Positions 47,834 to 55,824 of a DNA stretch of 64,000 nt are shown here, piece by piece (the first letter of the stretch is position 1; every line of letters starts with the position of its first letter). Below the pieces are notes generated by a model. The model ran no database searches. It was not told where the DNA came from and saw only the letters and a list, made by a program, of their open reading frames with translations. This DNA is from Candidatus Sumerlaeaceae bacterium (GTDB lineage Bacteria > Sumerlaeota > Sumerlaeia > Sumerlaeales > Sumerlaeaceae). The stretch spans positions 128,001 through 192,000 of the forward strand of contig JBPCLP010000020.1 of NCBI GenBank assembly GCA_051003195.1. Reading direction: 5' to 3'. The position numbers were made by a program, and so were the translations under genes.

Positions 47834-50800
47834 TCAATACATCTGCCAGTCGCGGACTGTGGTCGGATTTGAGAAGAAGTTCATTACTGCCAGCATGACG
47901 GAGTTGCGTGTCGACTGGCTGCCTATTGCCTCAAATGGAAATCCGAGCGTTACTGCTTTATACGTCCCGGCATATTGGATCCCAGCGTTACCGCCGCCGG
48001 TTACTCCGCTATCGTAGGTGGCGTCGTCTATGTAGACGTGCCCGGATGCGGCGGCACCTACCTTATCCAGCAAAAAACCATCGAACTTAATGGCGGCATT
48101 GGGGGTGATGATGCCGTCACCTCCCGCAGCAGTCAGGGTCTCAATCGCTGCATCGACCGGTATGTTCCATGTAAACTGTTGCCACCCGGTAAAGTTGAGA
48201 ACGATCGACGATTTCGAAAAGATTTCCACGTCACTGGTGTCGCGCAGCAAAGGCGTTAATGCGTTGCCGGAGTTGTCGCCATAAATCCAAACGCTGAAGA
48301 TGCTTGCATAGGGAAAGGTGTTACTGGTCGAGGTAAATTGACGAATGCGATTGCCGGAACCCCACACATAAAAAAGATCCCCGGATCCGGTTCCCTGGTG
48401 CAAGGGTGTGGAGACAATCTGGAATGTGGACGAAATATCGGCATTCGTCTGGCCCGCAAAGTTGGGATCCTGCCAGGATCCGATGGTATCGAATGTGTCG
48501 ACAGGCGGTTGTGTCCCTGCGGCATAGGTCAACGCCGCCACTGAACCGTTAGCGACGCTGATGACGTCGGCCAGATCGACGTTGTAGGTGTCGGACGTCG
48601 GCGAGAAATCGATATTAAGTCCTTCAAAAATGCTGCCCGCATTTCCCGTCGCAACGTAAGAATTCGCACTGGTGGACACATATGCTGCTCGAAGTGTCGA
48701 ATTATAGAAGCTTTTCGCAATGTTCTGATTATCGAGTTCGTAGGCGATTTCGGATCCTGATACAAAGAGGCCTTTGCCTGCGGTCAGAAAACTTTGAACC
48801 AGGGAGCGCTCAGTCGAATCGAAAGTTTTGTCCCTGGTCGATTCTTCGCCCGAAATCCAAACCACAACTGGGTAGCTGGAAAGGCTGATGAGGCCATTGA
48901 TCACCGCCTCGTTTGATGCATTATCGAAGTATTTGCCGGCATTTGCGAGCGCGGTGCCGTGCGGGCGAACATAGTCGTAGCTGTTGTTCTGGCGCAGGCG
49001 GAGGCGATCAATGGGTACCGGCACATTGTTGCCGTTGTCGATTCGATCATAACCGTTTACGACGAGCACCTCGGAAACGCCATTGCGGACTCGTACCCCG
49101 ACGACTTCGCCTGGAAAACTCTCGCCGCCTGCATTGTAAGCGGACACTCGAAAGTACGTAATCTGGCCTGCAGCCAGGCCGTTGATCGTGGTGCTGTTGG
49201 AAGCGTTGCCAGCAACCGATACGGCGTTCCCGAAATTGAGTCCGTCGGTGGAACGATAGACGAAATATCCGGACGCGGCACCGCTGCTGATGGGTGCAGC
49301 CAGGGCCGCAACGGGGTTCCACGAAACCGTTACGCCTCCACTGCCATTGTTCTTTGCGAGCACACGCTGCGGTGTCTCTGGCAGCAGGTTCAACGTCAGC
49401 CCATCAAATTGGTTAAAATACTTCGCGACTGCATGGTACTGCGCGCGAGCGGCGGCGGTACGCACCCTTGGGTCGCGTAGCAATGCAGCATCCAGCGTGT
49501 TGTCATGGAACGCGATCTCGACGATCGTTCCGCACATCTCACCATTGAGACCGGTGCCGATTTCCCCGTAGGCACTGGTGATCGTCGTAAGCCCGTAGTT
49601 GCCCCAGGTGCTGTCCCAGTTGGCGGCTTCCACAGCGCATTGGGCGTCGAGAGTGTCTGAAACGAGTGCGGCCCATGTTGGCTGGTTGGTAACCGCGGTC
49701 TGGTTGGTGATGAGCCCGCAGCTTCCGCGTGCTGTTCCGTTGAACGCGTTGGAATGAAAGCCGAGGTAGATGTCGCCGTTATAGCCTTGCCCGTCGTCCC
49801 GACGCATATGCGCTGCAAGCCGCGATGGCGCACCCACGTTGTCGTTCTGGTCCGTCGTGCTGGAATCATAAACGCTGGCCGGCGCCTGGCTAATCTGCGC
49901 CCAGTATCGGCTGTTTTCCGCTTCGCGCTCCTTGCCTGAAATTGTCCCATCACGCACAATGTCGCCCATTCCATTCCCGAACCGAATTGCATCGGCGATT
50001 ACCTTGCCGGTAACGCCGGCCGGTGGTTGAAGATTGGACACCACCACTGCGCCTGTCGCCGAATTGCTGCCCTGCGAGAAGTAATAATTGCCCATCCAGA
50101 TCCAGCCGCGGCCAACGCGGCGATGGTTCACACGCACCTGCGTTTCGCCCGCACTGTGACGGATTTTGTACAGCTGCCCGGAGGTACGGTCGGCACCGTG
50201 GTCGGCATAACAATAAACTGGGTAAAATCCAGCTGCGGCTATGCCTGCCGTAAAGGTGGCTGTCGCCGTCTCAGTGGCGGCTGTGTTGGCATACCGACTG
50301 GTTGTGCCCGCCCCAAAACTATAGGTAGTAACTTCCGACGTCCAGGTGCCGGTGTAGCTTACGGCTGCGCTGGTCTCGTTAAGAATCACCTCATTGGTCT
50401 GATAGCCAAGGGGGCGCGCACATACTACGGTTGCCCCTGCATTAAAGAGGTATGCTGCGAGGAAATTCACCTGGTCGATGTTCCCATAGTCTTCACACAT
50501 GCTCAGCAGCAATGGACGCTGCAGAAACCAGCCGCCTGTCCCATCCGCGGTCCAGCCGTGCCCGGCGCCAAGGAAAACGGTTCGACCGGACAGCGCGCCC
50601 GCGGGTTGTGCGCCGACGCCCACGGGCCCCTGCCCGATTGCATTGAGATTTGCAGCCGCACCTGCAGTTTGAAGTTCGGCGTAAAGCTTTTGGTATTCAG
50701 GACCGTTGTTAGTATTGGGCTCCTCCGGAGGAAGTGGCGGGGGAGGCGGAACGAATTCGGCAAGATTGCGGTATTCCGGCGCGCCTGATTTGTTGCCAGC

Positions 50801-51265
50801 ACCCATGCGCCCAAGTACTATTACTTCATTCAACTGGAGCGGAGCGGCGAAATATTTCACGAGCACCGCATTTACGGTCTCAACCTGCAGAGGAGAAAGG
50901 GTTGCCTGACTGGCCGACGGCGGCAGGGAAAAGCGAACCGTCAATTTCCCGTCGCGCAGATCTGCGCTGTCGCACGTTGTGCCGCGAGGTAAAAGTGTTT
51001 CGCCTTTCGAATTCGGGACCACGCTGAGCAGCGTGCCGATTTCCCTGGCGAGTACAACGGCGGTCTGCGGGTTGGTGGTGCTGGAGTCCGGCTTCATCGA
51101 CATGCGTGCTTCGTAAAGATGATCCAGGAAAGCTATGTCACCGGAGTGGGCTACGCAAAGGCCTGCAAGGGAAGCGAGGAGCAACGCGCAGGCGCGGGCT
51201 GCGATCCTTATTCGGGAAACAAAATCCATGTGCGAACGCAACCTTCTGCTCCTTGTCGTAGACAT
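47834..51265 (-). CDS. Large secreted N-acetylmuramoyl-L-alanine amidase (Amidase_3-like) with inserted golvesin/Xly-like module, FN3 domain and C-terminal VxDWxxY tail
   Basis: FLGAGHG, CED, GFHSNA, VEIAFHD; ADAIRFGNGMG; FN3 VSWN...YFRVSAYNAGGES; start may be 51229. Confidence 0.82.
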   Translation of the reverse strand: MSTTRSRRLRSHMDFVSRIRIAARACALLLASLAGLCVAHSGDIAFLDHLYEARMSMKPDSSTTNPQTAVVLAREIGTLLSVVPNSKGETLLPRGTTCDSADLRDGKLTVRFSLPPSASQATLSPLQVETVNAVLVKYFAAPLQLNEVIVLGRMGAGNKSGAPEYRNLAEFVPPPPPLPPEEPNTNNGPEYQKLYAELQTAGAAANLNAIGQGPVGVGAQPAGALSGRTVFLGAGHGWTADGTGGWFLQRPLLLSMCEDYGNIDQVNFLAAYLFNAGATVVCARPLGYQTNEVILNETSAAVSYTGTWTSEVTTYSFGAGTTSRYANTAATETATATFTAGIAAAGFYPVYCYADHGADRTSGQLYKIRHSAGETQVRVNHRRVGRGWIWMGNYYFSQGSNSATGAVVVSNLQPPAGVTGKVIADAIRFGNGMGDIVRDGTISGKEREAENSRYWAQISQAPASVYDSSTTDQNDNVGAPSRLAAHMRRDDGQGYNGDIYLGFHSNAFNGTARGSCGLITNQTAVTNQPTWAALVSDTLDAQCAVEAANWDSTWGNYGLTTITSAYGEIGTGLNGEMCGTIVEIAFHDNTLDAALLRDPRVRTAAARAQYHAVAKYFNQFDGLTLNLLPETPQRVLAKNNGSGGVTVSWNPVAALAAPISSGAASGYFVYRSTDGLNFGNAVSVAGNASNSTTINGLAAGQITYFRVSAYNAGGESFPGEVVGVRVRNGVSEVLVVNGYDRIDNGNNVPVPIDRLRLRQNNSYDYVRPHGTALANAGKYFDNASNEAVINGLISLSSYPVVVWISGEESTRDKTFDSTERSLVQSFLTAGKGLFVSGSEIAYELDNQNIAKSFYNSTLRAAYVSTSANSYVATGNAGSIFEGLNIDFSPTSDTYNVDLADVISVANGSVAALTYAAGTQPPVDTFDTIGSWQDPNFAGQTNADISSTFQIVSTPLHQGTGSGDLFYVWGSGNRIRQFTSTSNTFPYASIFSVWIYGDNSGNALTPLLRDTSDVEIFSKSSIVLNFTGWQQFTWNIPVDAAIETLTAAGGDGIITPNAAIKFDGFLLDKVGAAASGHVYIDDATYDSGVTGGGNAGIQYAGTYKAVTLGFPFEAIGSQSTRNSVMLAVMNFFSNPTTVRDWQMY

Positions 51266-51402
51266 GCTCTTAATGTACAGCCGGGAATTAGTTATCGCGC
51301 AGAGGCGGGGCTAAGTGCTTCGGATACCATCATTCAGTCCCCAGCGCACCGGCAGTTTCAACTTGATTTCATCGCGCCAGAAACATACGGAAGACGATCG
51401 AA

Positions 51403-51972
51403 TTGTGGACATCGCGCAAAACTCCTGAGACCGAGCACGGGATGTCTGAGAAGTGTCAAAATTCAACAATCTATTTTGTCCTCGGCGCAACCATTTTGCT
51501 GTTCCAGTGTGGTGCTGCAGGGGCACAGGAAGTTGAGGCTGAGAACCCGCCGGGAGCCGTTATCCGTATTACCGCTACGCCTGCCGGCATGGCTCGGAAG
51601 CACCGGCAAGATTTGGGCGCTGCCCCGCAGCCTGCACCTCAAAACGGCGGAGCGCCGCAGCCCGATGAGTTCCTGGACAAATACAACTCTCTGTTCGGTG
51701 CAGCCGGCAAGCTACGCCCACGCAAAACGCCGCAAATTGTTACCGATGACACCAGGACAAGCGCCCAGCGTGTAGCGGAAATGATTCGAGAAATGCGAGC
51801 CAGACAAACACCCAGACCCAGGGGTCCTGACTGGGTGCGTGATGCGACTCCTTCTACCAGGGGCTATGTGGCACCGACGGCGCACCCCAGCGCAAGAGTT
51901 GCCACTCCTGCGCCAAAATCCAACTTGCCGAGTATTGACCTGGGTGGGGACGGTTCCAGCAGTTACCGCTGA
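51403..51972 (+). CDS. Hypothetical exported Pro-rich protein
   Basis: Hydrophobic signal-like segment followed by a low-complexity Pro/Ala/Arg region; start may be 51442. Confidence 0.6.
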   Translation: MWTSRKTPETEHGMSEKCQNSTIYFVLGATILLFQCGAAGAQEVEAENPPGAVIRITATPAGMARKHRQDLGAAPQPAPQNGGAPQPDEFLDKYNSLFGAAGKLRPRKTPQIVTDDTRTSAQRVAEMIREMRARQTPRPRGPDWVRDATPSTRGYVAPTAHPSARVATPAPKSNLPSIDLGGDGSSSYR

Positions 51973-51997
51973 TCCGGCTGCGCGGAGGAACCCGAAT

Positions 51998-54178
51998 ATG
52001 GTCTTGAGGAAATCGGAGCGGGGCGCCAGATTCCATGGCGCCCGGTTTAATGCGTTCTCGCGAGCAATTGCTCTCAGAACAATCGCGATTATGATGTTTG
52101 GTTTTTTGAGTGCCGGACTTCAAGCACAGGAACACTCCAAAGGCACTGAAGCGCCAGCGCAAGCCAATGGCCCACGCACCTTTGCCACCGCGCAGCAGCT
52201 GGAGCGGGCCCGCGCGCGTGCTAAATCGCGCGGATGGGCGCGTGAGATCATCCGACGTTTGCTTGCGGACTGCGACTCGGTACTTTCTTCTCCGATTAAT
52301 GTACCTGCAAAAGCGGGGCAGTGGTCGCATCACTACGTATGCAAGGATTGCGGCAACAAACTCGCAAACCAGAAGGGGCGGCATGTATGCCCGCGCTGCG
52401 GGAGTGAATACAAGGGGTGGCCTTACGACGAAGTCATCGCGGCACGACAGCACACGCAAAACATCGACGCAATCCGCGACCTGGGCCTGGCGTACGCGCT
52501 GACAAGTGAGACCAGGTACGCCGCGCGCGCGAGAGAGCTGCTGCTGGCCTACGCTGACCGTTACAAATTGTTCCCGATTCACGACTATAAGGGCGGCCAG
52601 ATGCAAAAAGGCGCGCGGATTTTTGCGCAGACGCTGGACGAAGCAACTCGCGCCATCGGACTGGTATGGGGTTACGACCTGGTTAAATCAGCAGCGGTCA
52701 TTAGCAATGCGGATCGACAGCACATTGAACAGGACCTGCTTCGTCCGCTGGCGGCAACGATTGAACGCAATCCCATGGGAGTAAGCAACTGGCAGTCGTG
52801 GCACGATGCTGCGCTTACTGGGATTGGATACGTGCTTGGCGACATGTCGCTTGTGCAGAAGGCAGTACATGGCAGCGATGGCGCCGAGTTCCAGTTGAGC
52901 AAGAGTGTCCTGCCGGACGGCTTCTGGTATGAAGGCTCAGCCTCTTACCATTTCTATGCACTGGAAGCACTCGCATGGACAATGCTGGCTGACCAGGCAA
53001 ACGGCGGGCGCATGTACCTGGACCCACGGTTTCGTTCCATGTTCGAGGCGCCGCTGGACTATATTTTTCCGGACGGACGGTTCCCGGCCGTGAACGACAG
53101 TGATCCTGTTCAACTGAAGTCGGAGCAGGAACGTTACGAAATGGCCTATGCGTGGTATGGAGATCCACGGTTTGGAGTCGCCGCAGCGAGCGGCAAGCGG
53201 GACACAATAGCAGCATTGCTGTGGGGAAAGGACGAGTTACCCAGGACTGCACCGGAGCCCACCCGCAGCCGCAATTTCCCGGGACTTGGCGCGGTTATGC
53301 TGCGGCAATCCTCTGGCACTCAGCAGATCGTCGCGCACCTGGACTATGGCCCGCATGGCGGTGCGCATGGTCACTTCGACAAACTTGCATTGATACTTTT
53401 TGCGAACGGCCACGTTGTCGCGCCCGATCCCGCGCGTGTCGCATATGGATCACCACTACAGGCGAGCTGGTATAAAACAACGCTCGCGCACAACGCGCTG
53501 GTAGTGGACGGCAAAAACCAGGAACCTTGCGAAGGAAAGCTCGAGTTTTTCAAAGAGCAGGACGGGGTCAGCGTCGCACGTGCATCTACCGATGCCGCAT
53601 ATCCCGGGGTAAAGATCACCCGGACAACCGCTGTAACTGCGCGCTACGTTTTGGACGTGGTGGCTGCTGAAAATACCTCCGCACCAATGGAGCACGTCTT
53701 TGACCTTTCGTGGCATTTCCATGGGGATGCGAGCAACACACCGCGAGCAAATCTTGTGGCGAAGTCCTTGGGAACAACCGCCGGTTACCAGCTTCTTTCA
53801 AACGCGCAGAGGGCAGACGTTCCCGGAACATGGTCGCTCGATTACACGTATGAGAACAGCACAGTGCGACAGACCATGCTCGGCGCGGATGGCAGTGCGC
53901 CACCGGAAGTCTACCTGGCTGAAGGGCTTGCGGATAATCCGCCTACTACGTGTCCGATGACCCTGGCACGGCACAAAGGATCGTCCGTGTGCTATGTCAC
54001 TCTCATTCAGCCGCTGCGCACCGACGGCGAGTGTACCATCACCAGGAGAAACCAGAAGCCAGGCGCACTCGAATTGTTGATTTCCACGCCTGGGGGCGAG
54101 GACCACTGGGATATGCCGGGCTGTGGTGGCAATGTTCTGCGTTACAAAGGTAGTGCTGGGACCCTGAGCATCAATTAA
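51998..54178 (+). CDS. Alginate lyase / heparinase II/III-family polysaccharide lyase
   Basis: QTLDEA, SNWQSWH, DGFWYEGSASYHFY, FPAVND, YGPHGGAHGHFDKL, WYKTTLAHNALVVDG; start 51998 or 52091. Confidence 0.85.
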   Translation: MVLRKSERGARFHGARFNAFSRAIALRTIAIMMFGFLSAGLQAQEHSKGTEAPAQANGPRTFATAQQLERARARAKSRGWAREIIRRLLADCDSVLSSPINVPAKAGQWSHHYVCKDCGNKLANQKGRHVCPRCGSEYKGWPYDEVIAARQHTQNIDAIRDLGLAYALTSETRYAARARELLLAYADRYKLFPIHDYKGGQMQKGARIFAQTLDEATRAIGLVWGYDLVKSAAVISNADRQHIEQDLLRPLAATIERNPMGVSNWQSWHDAALTGIGYVLGDMSLVQKAVHGSDGAEFQLSKSVLPDGFWYEGSASYHFYALEALAWTMLADQANGGRMYLDPRFRSMFEAPLDYIFPDGRFPAVNDSDPVQLKSEQERYEMAYAWYGDPRFGVAAASGKRDTIAALLWGKDELPRTAPEPTRSRNFPGLGAVMLRQSSGTQQIVAHLDYGPHGGAHGHFDKLALILFANGHVVAPDPARVAYGSPLQASWYKTTLAHNALVVDGKNQEPCEGKLEFFKEQDGVSVARASTDAAYPGVKITRTTAVTARYVLDVVAAENTSAPMEHVFDLSWHFHGDASNTPRANLVAKSLGTTAGYQLLSNAQRADVPGTWSLDYTYENSTVRQTMLGADGSAPPEVYLAEGLADNPPTTCPMTLARHKGSSVCYVTLIQPLRTDGECTITRRNQKPGALELLISTPGGEDHWDMPGCGGNVLRYKGSAGTLSIN

Positions 54179-54221
54179 TTATCTGTTCAGGCACGTCGTT
54201 GGCAGTGCACCGGCAACGAAA

Positions 54222-54863
54222 CTATAAGTTGGCTTTCACCCAGTTTTCAAAATCGTCTCGCGACATACCACCTGTTTGTGCGACGACTCGTCCCCCCTGG
54301 AACATGATCACAGACGGAATGGATTCGATACGGTAGCGCTGCGCTACTGCGGGGGCTGAATCCACGTCCACTCGCGCGAACGAGACCTTTCCGCCGAATT
54401 TATCCGCCGTAGCTTCAAATTCCGGGGCGAACTTTTTGCACGGGCCACACCACGTTGCAAAGAAGTCGACGACCCAGGTTTCACCCGCTGTTGCGTTCAC
54501 CACCTCGCTATCAAACATACTCTGATCAAACTGGCGGACATAGCGTGACGCGGGGGACGCACGTGCTGCCTGGTAATGTTTGAGGACTATAAATCCGCCA
54601 CCCAGCAGCACTACCAGGAGCAACGCCTTGATCAGCATCCCTGTCGATACTGGCGATTCATAGGCCAGGGCGGAGGCTCGCACAAGCTCGTCGCCTGGCA
54701 CCTCGGATGGAAGGACCGCAATGGAGCCTGTGCCCTGCCGGTTTCGGATGCGATTAATTAGCGCGCCGCACGACTCACAAACATCAAAGCGTCGTGAAGG
54801 ATAGCTACATTTCGGGCAGATTGTTGCTGTTTCTTTATCCATGAGCACTCTCGCTGCAGACAC
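54222..54863 (-). CDS. Membrane-anchored thioredoxin with N-terminal zinc ribbon
   Basis: CPKC-x9-CESC, a TM helix, then VDFFATWCGPCK...RIESIPS. Confidence 0.85.
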   Translation of the reverse strand: MSAARVLMDKETATICPKCSYPSRRFDVCESCGALINRIRNRQGTGSIAVLPSEVPGDELVRASALAYESPVSTGMLIKALLLVVLLGGGFIVLKHYQAARASPASRYVRQFDQSMFDSEVVNATAGETWVVDFFATWCGPCKKFAPEFEATADKFGGKVSFARVDVDSAPAVAQRYRIESIPSVIMFQGGRVVAQTGGMSRDDFENWVKANL

Positions 54864-54955
54864 TTGAGGGTTTAGCGACTATACACCTGGTTCTGAGATG
54901 GTGCCAAATCTCGTGGCTGATGGCAAGACATTCCTGCAAGTGCACAATGGGCTAA

Positions 54956-55792
54956 TTACGGTGTCTCTCCAAGCAGCCGCTCAAGGCTGATGTAATCATC
55001 TTCGGACCAACCATTTTCGAGGGCCTGCTGGTAGACGGGAATAAGGCTGGCCAACTGTGGCAGCTCAAGATTTACACCGCGCGTCGTTTCTTGCGCAAGG
55101 CGCAGGTCCTTTGCCATGTGCTTGATCGAAAATTGCGGTGAGTAATCGCGCGCCAGCAGCTTGGGTTCCTTGAGATCCGAAACTCCGGAGCGGGCAGCGT
55201 TCAGGTGCAGTGCGTCAAAAAACTTCTCATCGTCGATTCCGCTCGCGCGACAAAGGGCAAGGCTTTCGCACAGTGCCTGCGCAATTCCAGCAATCTGTAT
55301 GTTCATAGCCAGCTTGAGACTCGACGCGGTGCCCAGTGGGCCAATATACTGGATGGAGCTGGCAAGGCGCTCAAGAACAGGCCGGGCTTTCTCCAGCACT
55401 TCTGATTCGCCTGCCGTGTAGAAAACCGTCTTGCGCTGCTCTGCGGCTGGCCGGCTTCCAGTAAATGGAGCCTCCAGGAAATCGGCGCCCGTGCCACGCA
55501 CCTGCTTCGCAAAGCGATGGGTCCACTCGGCAGAAATCGTCGAGCATTGGATAATGGTTTGCCCGGTCACAAGATGTGGCAGCGCCTGTTTGAGGATGCT
55601 TTCAACCGCAGCCGGATCGGCAACCACGATGATGACGAACTCCGCGCCTTGCACAGCCTCTTCAATGCTGGGGACGATATGGGGAAAATCTTTCGGTGTC
55701 CGGTTCCAGCAGCGTATGTCCATATCGTCGGCGATCAGGTTCTTCGCCCATGCAGTCCCTATGATTCCAAGCCCCAGCAGTGATAACTTCAT
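54956..55792 (-). CDS. NAD(P)-dependent oxidoreductase, 3-hydroxyisobutyrate dehydrogenase family
   Basis: LGLGIIG, CSTIS, FLEAPFTGS, LKLAMN, FSIKHMAKDL. Confidence 0.9.
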   Translation of the reverse strand: MKLSLLGLGIIGTAWAKNLIADDMDIRCWNRTPKDFPHIVPSIEEAVQGAEFVIIVVADPAAVESILKQALPHLVTGQTIIQCSTISAEWTHRFAKQVRGTGADFLEAPFTGSRPAAEQRKTVFYTAGESEVLEKARPVLERLASSIQYIGPLGTASSLKLAMNIQIAGIAQALCESLALCRASGIDDEKFFDALHLNAARSGVSDLKEPKLLARDYSPQFSIKHMAKDLRLAQETTRGVNLELPQLASLIPVYQQALENGWSEDDYISLERLLGETP

Positions 55793-55824
55793 CTAAAGAA
55801 AGTCCCTTTAAGAGTCATTCGCGC

